Of a DNA stretch of 64,000 nt, positions 1 through 12,134 are shown in pieces. A program made the position numbers and the translations under genes. How positions within the stretch are numbered: position 1 is the first letter of the stretch; every line of letters begins with the position of its first letter. Source of the DNA: Eledone cirrhosa (Eukaryota); NCBI GenBank assembly GCA_964016885.1, contig OZ024740.1, forward strand, positions 434,558,001 to 434,622,000. The letters run 5' to 3'. The notes under the pieces are model-generated. The model was not told where the DNA came from, ran no database searches, and saw nothing but the letters and a program-made list of their open reading frames with translations.

Positions 1-3000
1 TTGTCCTTCATCAACAACTGTTCTTCACCAACAACTGTTGTTCTTCACCAACAACTGTTGTCCTTCACCAACAACTGTTGTCCTTCACCAACAACTGTTG
101 TCCTTCACCAACAACTGTTGTCCTTCACCAACAACTGTTGTCCTCCACCAACAACTGTTGTACGCCACCAACAACTGTTGTACGCCACCAACAACTGTTG
201 TACGCCACCAACAACTGTTGTACTTCACCAACAACTGTTGTCCTTCACCAACAACTGTTGTCCTTCACCAACAACTGTTGTACTTCACCAACAACTGTTG
301 TACTTCACTAACACCTGTTGTCCTTCACCAACAACTGTTGTCCTTCACCAACAACTGTTGTACTTCACCAACAACTGTTGTACTTCACCAACAACTGTTG
401 TACTTCACCAACACCTGTTGTCCTTCACCAACACCTGTTGTCCTTCACCAACAACTGTTGTCCTTCACCAACAACTGTTCTCCTTCACCAACTGTTGTCC
501 TTCACCAACAACTGTTGTCCTTCACCAACAACTGTTGTCCTTCACCAACAACTGTTGTCCTTCACCAACAACTGTTGTCCTTCACCAACAACTGTTGTAC
601 TTCACCAACAACTGTTGTCCTTCACCAACAACTGTTGTCCTTCACCAACAACTGTTGTCCTTCACCAACAACTGTTGTCCTTCACCAACAACTGTTGTCC
701 TTCACCAACAACTGTTGTCCTTCACCAACACCTGTTGTCCTTCACCACCAACTGTTGTCCTTCACCAACAACTGTTGTCCTTCACCAACAACTGTTGTCC
801 TTCACCAACAACTGTTGTCCTTCACCAACAACTGTTGTCCTTCACCAACAACTGTTGTCCTTCACCAACAACTGTTGTACTTCACCAACAACTGTTGCAC
901 TCCACCAACAACTGTTGTACTCCACCAACAACTGTTGTACTCCACCAACAACTGTTGTACTCCACCAACAACTGTTGTACTCCACCAACACCTGTTGTCC
1001 TTCACCAACACCTGTTGTACTTCACCAACAACTGTTGCACTTCACCAACACCTGTTGTCCTTCACCAACACCTGTTGTCCTTCACCAACAACTGTTGTCC
1101 TTCACCAACACCTGTTGTCCTTCACCAACACCTGTTGTACTCCACCAACAACTGTTGTACTCCACCAACAACTGTTGTACTCCACCAACAACTGTTGTAC
1201 TCCACCAACAACTGTTGTACTCCACCAACAACTGTTGTCCTTCACCAACAACTGTTGTCCTTCACCAACAACTGTTGTCCTTCATCAACAACAGTTGTCC
1301 TTCACCAACAACTGTTGTCCTTCACCAACAACTGTTGTCCTTCACCAACACCTGTTGTCCTTCACCAACAACTGTTGTCCTTCACCAACAACTGTTGTCC
1401 TTCACCAACAACTGTTGTACTTCACCAACAACTGTTGTCCTTCACCAACACCTGTTGTCCTTCACCAACAACTGTTGTCCTTCACCAACAACTGTTGTCC
1501 TTCACCAACAACTGTTGTACTTCACCAACACCTGTCGTCCTTCACCAACAACTGTTGTCCTTCACCAACAACTGTTGTCCTTCACCAACAACTGTTGTCC
1601 TTCACCAACAACTGTTGTCCTTCACCAACAACTGTTGTCCTTCACCAACACCTGTTGTCCTTCACCAACAACTGTTGTCCTTCACCAACACCTGTTGTAC
1701 TCCACCAACACCTGTTGTACTCCACCAACAACTGTTGTACTCCACCAACAACTGTTGTACTCCACCAACAACTGTTGTACTCCACCAACAACTGTTGTCC
1801 TTCACCAACAACTGTTGTCCTTCACCAACAACTGTTGTCCTTCACCAACAACTGTTGTCCTTCACCAACAACTGTTGTCCTTCACCAACAACTGTTGTCC
1901 TTCACCAACAACTGTTGTCCTTCACCAACAACTGTTGTCCTTCACCAACAACTGTTGTACTTCACCAACAACTGTTGTACTTCACCAACAACTGTTGTCC
2001 TTCACCAACAACTGTTGTCCTTCACCAACAACTGTTGTACTTCACCAACAACTGTTGTACTTCACCAACAACTGTTGTCCTTCACCAACAACTGTTGTAC
2101 TCCACCAACAACTGTTGTACTCCACCAACAACTGTTGTCCTTCACCAACAACTGTTGTCCTTCACCAACAACTGTTGTCCTTCATCAACAACTGTTGTCC
2201 TTCACCAACAACTGTTGTCCTTCATCAACAACTGTTGTCCTTCATCAACAACTGTTGTCCTTCACCAACAACTGTTGTCCTTCACCAACAACTGTTGTCC
2301 TTCACCAACACCTGTTGTCCTTCACCAACAACTGTTGTCCTTCACCAACACCTGTTGTACTCCACCAACACCTGTTGTACTCCACCAACAACTGTTGTAC
2401 CCCACCAACAACTGTTGTACTCCACCAACAACTGTTGTCCTTCACCAACAACTGTTGTCCTTCACCAACAACTGTTGTCCTTCACCAACAACTGTTGTCC
2501 TTCACCAACAACTGTTGTCCTTCACCAACAACTGTTGTCCTTCACCAACAACTGTTGTCCTTCACCAACAACTGTTGTCCTTCACCAACAACTGTTGTAC
2601 TTCACAAACAACTGTTGTACTTCACCAACAACTGTTGTCCTTCACCAACAACTGTTGTCCTTCACCAACAACTGTTGTCCTTCACCAACAACTGTTGTAC
2701 TTCACCAACAACTGTTGTCCTTCACCAACAACTGTTGTACTTCACCAACAACTGTTGTCCTTCACCAACAACTGTTGTCCTTCACCAACAACTGTTGTCC
2801 TTCACCAACAACTGTTGTCCTTCACCAACAACTGTTGTACTTCACCAACAACTGTTGTCCTTCACCAACAACTGTTGTACTTCACCAACAACTGTTGTCC
2901 TTCAACAACTGTTGTCCTTCACCAACAACTGTTGTACTTCACCAACAACTGTTGTACTTCACCAACAACTGTTGTCCTTCACCAACAACTGTTGCACTCC

Positions 3001-6000
3001 ACCAACAACTGTTGTCCTTCACCAACAACTGTTGTCCTTCACGAACAACTGTTGTCCTTCACCAACAACTGTTGTCCTTCACCAACAACTGTTGTCCTTC
3101 ACCAACAACTGTTGTCCTTCACCAACAACTGTTGTACTTCACCAACAACTGTTGTACTTCACCAACAACTGTTGTCCTTCACCAACAACTGTTGTCCTTC
3201 ACCAACAACTGTTGTACTTCACCAACAACTGTTGTACTTCACCAACAACTGTTGTACTTCACCAACAACTGTTGTCCTTCACCAACAACTGTTGTACTCC
3301 ACCAACAACTGTTGTACTCTACCAACAACTGTTGTCCTTCACCAACAACTGTTGTCCTTCATCAACAACTGTTGTCCTTCACCAACAACTGTTGTCCTTC
3401 ACCAACAACTGTTGTCCTTCATCAACAACTGTTGTCCTTCACCAACAACTGTTGTCCTTCACCAACAACTGTTGTCCTTCACCAACACCTGTTGTCCTTC
3501 AACAACTGTTGTCCTTCACCAACACCTGTTGTACTCCACCAACAACTGTTGTACTCCACCAACAACTGTTGTACTCCACCAACAACTGTTGTCCTTCACC
3601 AACAACTGTTGTCCTTCACCAACAACTGTTGTCCTTCACCAACAACTGTTGTCCTTCACCAACAACTGTTGTCCTTCACCAACAACTGTTGTCCTTCACC
3701 AACAACTGTTGTCCTTCACCAACAACTGTTGTCCTTCACCAACAACTGTTGTCCTTCACCAACAACTGTTGTCCTTCACCAACAACTGTTGTCCTTCACC
3801 AACAACTGTTGTCCTTCACCAACAACTGTTGTCCTTCACCAACAACTGTTGTCCTTCACCAATAACTGTTGTCCTTCACCAATAACTGTTGTCCTTCACC
3901 AACAACTGTTGTACTTCACCAACAACTGTTGTCCTTCACCAACAACTGTTGTCCTTCACCAACAACTGTTGTCCTTCACCAACAACTGTTGTACTTCACC
4001 AACAACTGTTGTCCTTCACCAACAACTGTTTTCCTTCACCAACAACTGTTGTCCTTCACCAACAACTGTTGTACTTCACCAACAAGTGTTGTCCTTCACC
4101 AACAAGTGTTGTACTTCACCAACAACTGTTGTCCTTCACCAACAACTGTTGTCCTTCACCAACAACTGTTGTACTTCACCAACAACTGTTGTCCTTCACC
4201 AACAACTGTTGCACTCCACCAACAACTGTTGTACTTCACCAACACCTGTTGTACTTCACCAACACCTGTTGTACTTCACCAACACCTGTTGTACTTCACC
4301 AACACCTGTTGTACTCCACCAACAACTGTTGAACTCCACCAACAACTGTTGAACTCCACCAACAACTGTTGTCCTTCACCAACAACTGTTGTACTCCACC
4401 AACAACTGTTGTACTCCACCAACAACTGTTGTCCTTCACCAACAACTGTTGTCCTTCACCAACAACTGTTGTCCTTCACCAACAACTGTTGTCCTTCACC
4501 AACAACTGTTGTACTCCACCAACAACTGTTGCACTCCACCAACAACTGTTGTCCTTCACCAACAACTGTTGTCCTTCACCAACAACTGTTGTCCTTCACC
4601 AACAACTGTTGTACTTCACCAACAACTGTTGTACTCCACCAACAACTGTTATACTCCACCAACAACTGTTGTCCTTCACCAACAACTGTTGTACTTCACC
4701 AACAACTGTTGTACTCCACCAACAACCGTTGTACTCCACCAACAACTGTTGTCCTTCACCAACAACTGTTGCACTCCACCAACAACTGTTGTCCTTCACC
4801 AACAACTGTTGTACTTCACCAACAACTGTTGTACTCCACCAACAACTGTTGCACTCCACCAACAACTGTTGTACTTCACCAACAACTGTTGTACTCCACC
4901 AACAACTGTTGTACTCCACCAACAACTGTTGTACTCCACCAACAACTGTTGTCCTTCACCAACAACTGTTGTCCTTCACCAACAACTGTTGTACTTCACC
5001 AACACCTGTTGTACTCCACCAACAACTGTTGCACTCCACCAACAACTGTTGTCCTTCACCAACAACTGTTGTACTTCACCAACAACTGTTGTACTCCACC
5101 AACAACTGTTGTCCTTCACCAACAACTGTTGTCCTTCACCAACAACTGTTGTCTTTCACCAACAACTGTTGTCTTTCACCAACAACTGTTGCACTCCACC
5201 AACAACTGTTGTACTCCACCAACAACTGTTGTCCTTCACCAACAACTGTTGTACTTCACCAACAACTGTTGTACTTCACCAACAACTGTTGTACTCCACC
5301 AACAACTGTTGTCCTTCACCAACAACTGTTGTACTTCACCAACAACTGTTGTACTCCACCAACAACTGTTGTACTCCACCTACAACTGTTGTACTCCACC
5401 AACAACTGTTGTCCTTCACCAACAACTGTTGCACTCCACCAACAACTGTTGTCCTTCACCAACAACTGTTGTACTTCACCAACAACTGTTGTACTCCACC
5501 AACAACTGTTGCACTCCACCAACAACTGTTGCACTCCACCAACAACTGTTGTACTTCACCAACAACTGTTGTACTCCACCAACAACTGTTGTACTCCACC
5601 AACAACTGTTGTCCTTCACCAACAACTGTTGTCCTTCACCAACAACTGTTGTACTTCACCAACATCTGTTGTACTCCACCAACAACTGTTGTACTCCACC
5701 AACAACTGTTGTCCTTCACCAACAACTGTTGTCCTTCACCAACAACTGTTGTACTCCACCAACAACTGTTGTACTCCACCAACAACTGTTGCACTCCACC
5801 AACAACTATTGCACTTCACCAACAACTGTTGTACTCCACCAACAACTGTTGTCCTTCGCCAACACCTGTTGTCCTTCACCAACACCTGTTGTCCTTCACC
5901 AACAACTGTTGTCCTTCACCAACACCTGTTGTACTTCACCAACACCTGTTGTCCTTCACCAACAACTGTTGTACTCCACCAACAACTGTTGCACTCCACC

Positions 6001-9000
6001 AACAACTGTTGTCCTTCACCAACAACTGTTGTCCTTCACCAACAACTGTTGTCCTTCACCAACAACTGTTGTACTTCACCAACAACTGTTGTACTCCACC
6101 AACAACTGTTATACTCCACCAACAACTGTTGTCCTTCACCAACAACTGTTGTACTTCACCAACAACTGTTGTACTCCACCAACAACCGTTGTACTCCACC
6201 AACAACTGTTGTCCTTCACCAACAACTGTTGCACTCCACCAACAACTGTTGTCCTTCACCAACAACTGTTGTACTTCACCAACAACTGTTGTACTCCACC
6301 AACAACTGTTGCACTCCACCAACAACTGTTGTACTTCACCAACAACTGTTGTACTCCACCAACAACTGTTGTACTCCACCAACAACTGTTGTACTCCACC
6401 AACAACTGTTGTCCTTCACCAACAACTGTTGTCCTTCACCAACAACTGTTGTACTTCACCAACACCTGTTGTACTCCACCAACAACTGTTGCACTCCACC
6501 AACAACTGTTGTCCTTCACCAACAACTGTTGTACTTCACCAACAACTGTTGTACTCCACCAACAACTGTTGTCCTTCACCAACAACTGTTGTCCTTCACC
6601 AACAACTGTTGTCTTTCACCAACAACTGTTGTCTTTCACCAACAACTGTTGCACTCCACCAACAACTGTTGTACTCCACCAACAACTGTTGTCCTTCACC
6701 AACAACTGTTGTACTTCACCAACAACTGTTGTACTTCACCAACAACTGTTGTACTCCACCAACAACTGTTGTCCTTCACCAACAACTGTTGTACTTCACC
6801 AACAACTGTTGTACTCCACCAACAACTGTTGTACTCCACCTACAACTGTTGTACTCCACCAACAACTGTTGTCCTTCACCAACAACTGTTGCACTCCACC
6901 AACAACTGTTGTCCTTCACCAACAACTGTTGTACTTCACCAACAACTGTTGTACTCCACCAACAACTGTTGCACTCCACCAACAACTGTTGTACTCCACC
7001 AACAACTGTTGCACTCCACCAACAACTGTTGTACTTCACCAACAACTGTTGTACTCCACCAACAACTGTTGTACTCCACCAACAACTGTTGTCCTTCACC
7101 AACAACTGTTGCCCTTCACCAACAACTGTTGTACTTCACCAACATCTGTTGTACTCCACCAACAACTGTTGTACTCCACCAACAACTGTTGTCCTTCACC
7201 AACAACTGTTGTCCTTCACCAACAACTGTTGTACTCCACCAACAACTGTTGTACTCCACCAACAACTGTTGCACTCCACCAACAACTATTGCACTTCACC
7301 AACAACTGTTGTACTCCACCAACAACTGTTGTCCTTCGCCAACACCTGTTGTCCTTCACCAACACCTGTTGTCCTTCACCAACAACTGTTGTCCTTCACC
7401 AACACCTGTTGTACTTCACCAACACCTGTTGTCCTTCACCAACAACTGTTGTACTCCACCAACAACTGTTGCACTCCACCAACAACTGTTGTCCTTCACC
7501 AACAACTGTTGTCCTTCACCAACAACTGTTGTCCTTCACCAACAACTGTTGTACTTCACCAACAACTGTTGTACTCCACCAACAACTGTTATACTCCACC
7601 AACAACTGTTGTCCTTCACCAACAACTGTTGTACTTCACCAACAACTGTTGTACTCCACCAACAACCGTTGTACTCCACCAACAACTGTTGTCCTTCACC
7701 AACAACTGTTGCACTCCACCAACAACTGTTGTCCTTCACCAACAACTGTTGTACTTCACCAACAACTGTTGTACTCCACCAACAACTGTTGCACTCCACC
7801 AACAACTGTTGTACTTCACCAACAACTGTTGTACTCCACCAACAACTGTTGTACTCCACCAACAACTGTTGTACTCCACCAACAACTGTTGTCCTTCACC
7901 AACAACTGTTGTCCTTCACCAACAACTGTTGTACTTCACCAACACCTGTTGTACTCCACCAACAACTGTTGCACTCCACCAACAACTGTTGTCCTTCACC
8001 AACAACTGTTGTACTTCACCAACAACTGTTGTACTCCACCAACAACTGTTGTCCTTCACCAACAACTGTTGTCCTTCACCAACAACTGTTGTCTTTCACC
8101 AACAACTGTTGTCTTTCACCAACAACTGTTGCACTCCACCAACAACTGTTGTACTCCACCAACAACTGTTGTCCTTCACCAACAACTGTTGTACTTCACC
8201 AACAACTGTTGTACTTCACCAACAACTGTTGTACTCCACCAACAACTGTTGTCCTTCACCAACAACTGTTGTACTTCACCAACAACTGTTGTACTCCACC
8301 AACAACTGTTGTACTCCACCTACAACTGTTGTACTCCACCAACAACTGTTGTCCTTCACCAACAACTGTTGCACTCCACCAACAACTGTTGTCCTTCACC
8401 AACAACTGTTGTACTTCACCAACAACTGTTGTACTCCACCAACAACTGTTGTACTCCACCAACAACTGTTGTACTCCACCAACAACTGTTGCACTCCACC
8501 AACAACTGTTGTACTTCACCAACAACTGTTGTACTCCACCAACAACTGTTGTACTCCACCAACAACTGTTGTCCTTCACCAACAACTGTTGTCCTTCACC
8601 AACAACTGTTGTACTTCACCAACATCTGTTGTACTCCACCAACAACTGTTGTACTCCACCAACAACTGTTGTCCTTCACCAACAACTGTTGTCCTTCACC
8701 AACAACTGTTGTACTCCACCAACAACTGTTGTACTCCACCAACAACTGTTGCACTCCACCAACAACTATTGCACTTCACCAACAACTGTTGTACTCCACC
8801 AACAACTGTTGTACTCCACCAACAACTGTTGTCCTTCACCAACAACTGTTGTACTCCACCAACAACTGTTGTACTCCACCAACAACTGGTGTCCTTCACC
8901 AACAACTGTTGTACTCCACCAACAACTGTTGTACTCCACCAACAACTGTTGTACTCCACCAACAACTGTTGTACTCCACCAACAACTGTTGTACTCCACC

Positions 9001-9433
9001 AACAACTGTTGTACTTCACCAACACCTGTTGTACTTCACCAACAACTGTTGTCCTTCACCAACAACTGTTGCACTCCACCAACAACTGTTGCACTCCACC
9101 AACAACTGTTGTCCTTCACCAACAACTGTTGTACTTCACCAACAACTGTTGTACTTCACCTACAACTGTTGTACTCCACCAACAACTGTTGTACTCCACC
9201 AACAACTGTTGTACTCCACCAACAACTGTTGTCTTTCACCAACAACTGTTGTCCTTCACCAACAACTGTTGTACTCCACCAACAACTGTTGTACTCCACC
9301 AACAACTGTTGTACTCCACCAACAACTGTTGTACTTCACCAACACCTGTTGTACTTCACCAACACCTGTTGTCCTTCACCAACAACTGTTGCACTCCACC
9401 AACAACTGATGTACTTCACTAATAATAACTGCT
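1..9433. repeat. 20-bp tandem satellite, consensus AACAACTGTTGT(C/A)CT(T/C)CACC, about 470 units; continues beyond the window start
   Basis: Continuous 20-nt periodicity. Variants GTCCTT/GTACTT/GTACTC/GCACTC; 3-nt-deleted units near 491, 2904 and 3501. Confidence 0.99.
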
Positions 9434-9470
9434 GAGTCTCCTCAATGATATTGTATTAAATTTATTTCAG

Positions 9471-9549
9471 GTTTTATTCATGGAGACCCTCGTCGACTGT
9501 TGTACCCCACAGACAGCCGAGGAAACATTTGTGGTTATGGAGATTTTGT
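9471..9549 (+). CDS. Choline transporter-like (SLC44A2/4/5-type) internal exon A
   Basis: tttcag acceptor, gtaagt donor. Encodes FIHGDPRRLLYPTDSRGNICGYGDF, matching the CTL motif GDPxxxxYPTDSxGxxCG. Confidence 0.93.
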
Positions 9550-9639
9550 GTAAGTAAAGCCTTATACCTACTTAATGTAAAGTCTGAAAATATACATTTG
9601 GGTTGTTTGCTGCCTGTAAAACATATTAACAGTGCTCAG

Positions 9640-9822
9640 TCTGTAAAGTGGTTGTGTAAGTGGCATGACAAAAAGCACCCAGCACACACTGTAAATGTGG
9701 TTGGCATAGAAACCAAGCCAAAATCAAACCTGTGTAAGCGAAATTCGGTCCTCCGAAACTGATCTCTCACAGAGGGTCAGTCTGTCATACCCATGCTAGC
9801 GTGAAAACGATGATGATGATGT
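9640..9822 (+). mobile_element. SINE-like fragment with RTE-type 3' tail ending in (GAT)n
   Basis: AAAAAGCACCCAG..CACACTGTAAATGTGGTTGGC and CCCATGCTAGCGTGAAAACGATGATGAT, shared with other copies in the window. Confidence 0.75.
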
Positions 9823-10328
9823 TAGTATGTGTTTATAAAAAAAATATGAAAATTAACCAAGAGAGGGTAAGACAACAATCAATCATTTTTTAAGGGGAAA
9901 CCTTAAATTATTTTTAAAAAATTCAAACGATGGACACAGAACTCCAGGGTGATCGACCGTTGAGGTGGACTTTAGCAGTTTTGACCCCTACCAACTGAAC
10001 TGCTAGTCCACCCAGGTTCACGTCTGACACAATCCAAATGCTGTCCAGTGGAGTAAAAGACAAGACAAAACGTTAATTTATAGCAATGTATCTATTTATC
10101 TATCTATCTCTGGGATGGACACACGCGTATAACTTGCTGAGTAAGTTCTGTTTAAATTTCTATAGAAATTCTTGTCTGATAACTTTAATTTTTGTACCAT
10201 TTTGTAGAGGGACTGCCAGGTCAAACTTTGATCTGGTCAGTCTCTCAAAATATTCTACGCCTTTAGGTGAAATAGTTAAACAAAAAAAAAAAAAGTTTTT
10301 TCTTGTTGAAAAGTCAATATTTTTTTAA

Positions 10329-12110
10329 ATGGCCGAAGCTTCTTCACCAAAATTCGAAGGAGGAAAGGGGAAGATGAACTTACAGCTTCCCCCTGCCACT
10401 GTCACAGTAGCAGAGGTCAAGAAGAAAGGTCAGCCAGAGGAAGAATTCTCTCCACCTGTTAACCGACAACTTGACGTTGCCATGGCAACAACCCAAAGAA
10501 CCAGCAGCAACAGCAACAACAACAACAATGCGACGGACGAAAACAACACCAATAACAATAACAACAACAAGACCAATAACGGTGACAACAACAACAATAA
10601 CAACAACACCACCAACGACAACAACAACACAAACAAACAAAATTTCTCCTTCGCCGAGACGACAAGGAAAACCCTCGACTATTTGCCAGTAGATATAACA
10701 AAAGCGAAGGAGCTACTGGCGGATGCAAAAAAATATATAGTGTACGGAGAAAATGGTTCATTCACAATCAATTCCCCCCCGGAACTAAAAAGCCAGAGAC
10801 TCCTAAACACGGTCATGTTTAGGACAATCTCGAACAAAAGTAAAAAACCAGCTCAACCATCACAGAGCGAGATAGAGCTGGTTTTAAAAGACGTCATGAA
10901 GGACATCACCTTCATTCAGAAGGATAGACTCTACGGGAGTCTATCCATTCTCATGAAGGACAGGGACACAGCAGTGAAACTGTCCATCAAACCAATCACA
11001 TCCACCGCATACACCTTCTACCCTACGTACATGGGTAGAAGAACACAAAAAATAAAAATCCACACCATCCTGCCGATTATGGACATATGGTGGGTTTTGA
11101 CAGGTTTTCTGGACCTGGAGGATGACATGCTGGTGTCCATGGGAAAGGCATCGGGTGACGCGTTCAGTGGAACGAGCCTCGAACTTGTAGTTCAAATGAG
11201 GCCCGAAAGGATCGCCCAGATCCCTGAACGCGTCATACTGGATGATCTAATCTTCATCAACATTACCGTTGAGGGTAGACGGCCCTCGTGTTACCTCTGC
11301 GGAACCAGAGGTCACCTGAGGGCTGTCTGTCCCCAACTTAATAAGAAAACCCCAATCCTGCCTACACCACCAACAACTGCACAACCAACACAATCACCAC
11401 AACTACCACTACAAAAACAACCACCACAGCTCAAACCAAAACAAAACAATGTCCAACCCATCCCCTCCACTCAAAAAACAAAAACAATTTCCAAAACACC
11501 CGTACCGCAAACACAACCCGAAAATATACCCCTCCCCTCCAACGCGGAAGATGACCCTAATTCGTCGTCAGACGAGGAGGAGCACTTCCACACAATCAAA
11601 AGAAAAAAAAGAAAACACACCTCAGACACACAAATGAAAAAAACCCCTCCCCAAAACACAACACTGACACCAACACAAAAGAGCTCACAACAACAGCAAA
11701 CAAAAAACACCACACAAAAACAAAAACATGCATACACATACATAAACACAAGAAATAAAAAACTGCTAAACATTGTGTACAACAACAATCTAATAAAAAC
11801 ACAAGGGCCTAACTTCACCCAGGCAGGGGATTTCCCCCACCTCAAAATGATTAAGGCCCCACAGGACACCTATAAAACTTTAAAAAACAATTTTAAAGAG
11901 GACGTGGGTCCCACCTGCGTCGGGCCCATTAACCGCGTCCTCCTAAAAAACTATCCCACCCCCTCCCCAAACACCCACACAACTCCAAGCTCCCCAACCA
12001 CACAACACACTGATGCCCCCACACTTCCACAAACCACCACCCCACCCAACAACCTATCCCCCACCCTCATGGCAATTGTGCAGCCCGATACCCGGGACGC
12101 AGAGAGGTAA
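10329..12110 (+). CDS. Tx1 ORF1 (gag-like nucleic-acid-binding protein)
   Basis: Open 593-aa ORF with CCHC knuckle CYLCGTRGHLRAVC, an Asn-rich N-terminus and a Pro/Gln/Thr-rich tail. Confidence 0.88.
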   Translation: MAEASSPKFEGGKGKMNLQLPPATVTVAEVKKKGQPEEEFSPPVNRQLDVAMATTQRTSSNSNNNNNATDENNTNNNNNNKTNNGDNNNNNNNTTNDNNNTNKQNFSFAETTRKTLDYLPVDITKAKELLADAKKYIVYGENGSFTINSPPELKSQRLLNTVMFRTISNKSKKPAQPSQSEIELVLKDVMKDITFIQKDRLYGSLSILMKDRDTAVKLSIKPITSTAYTFYPTYMGRRTQKIKIHTILPIMDIWWVLTGFLDLEDDMLVSMGKASGDAFSGTSLELVVQMRPERIAQIPERVILDDLIFINITVEGRRPSCYLCGTRGHLRAVCPQLNKKTPILPTPPTTAQPTQSPQLPLQKQPPQLKPKQNNVQPIPSTQKTKTISKTPVPQTQPENIPLPSNAEDDPNSSSDEEEHFHTIKRKKRKHTSDTQMKKTPPQNTTLTPTQKSSQQQQTKNTTQKQKHAYTYINTRNKKLLNIVYNNNLIKTQGPNFTQAGDFPHLKMIKAPQDTYKTLKNNFKEDVGPTCVGPINRVLLKNYPTPSPNTHTTPSSPTTQHTDAPTLPQTTTPPNNLSPTLMAIVQPDTRDAER

Positions 12111-12134
12111 GTGCCTTTTCTCTTCACCACCAAC

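Noticed and set aside
1-9433. CRISPR-like array (palindromic repeat)
   Set aside because: No unique spacers, no cas genes, eukaryotic context.
1-9435. 1300-1800-aa Cys/Thr/Asn-rich ORFs in all three + frames
   Set aside because: The 20-bp unit has no + strand stop, so every frame gives the same peptide; no frame preference, and the region is intronic.
9964-10012. Small hairpin GGTGGACT..AGTCCACC upstream of Tx1 copy 1
   Set aside because: No ribozyme core or recognisable RNA gene; function cannot be assigned.
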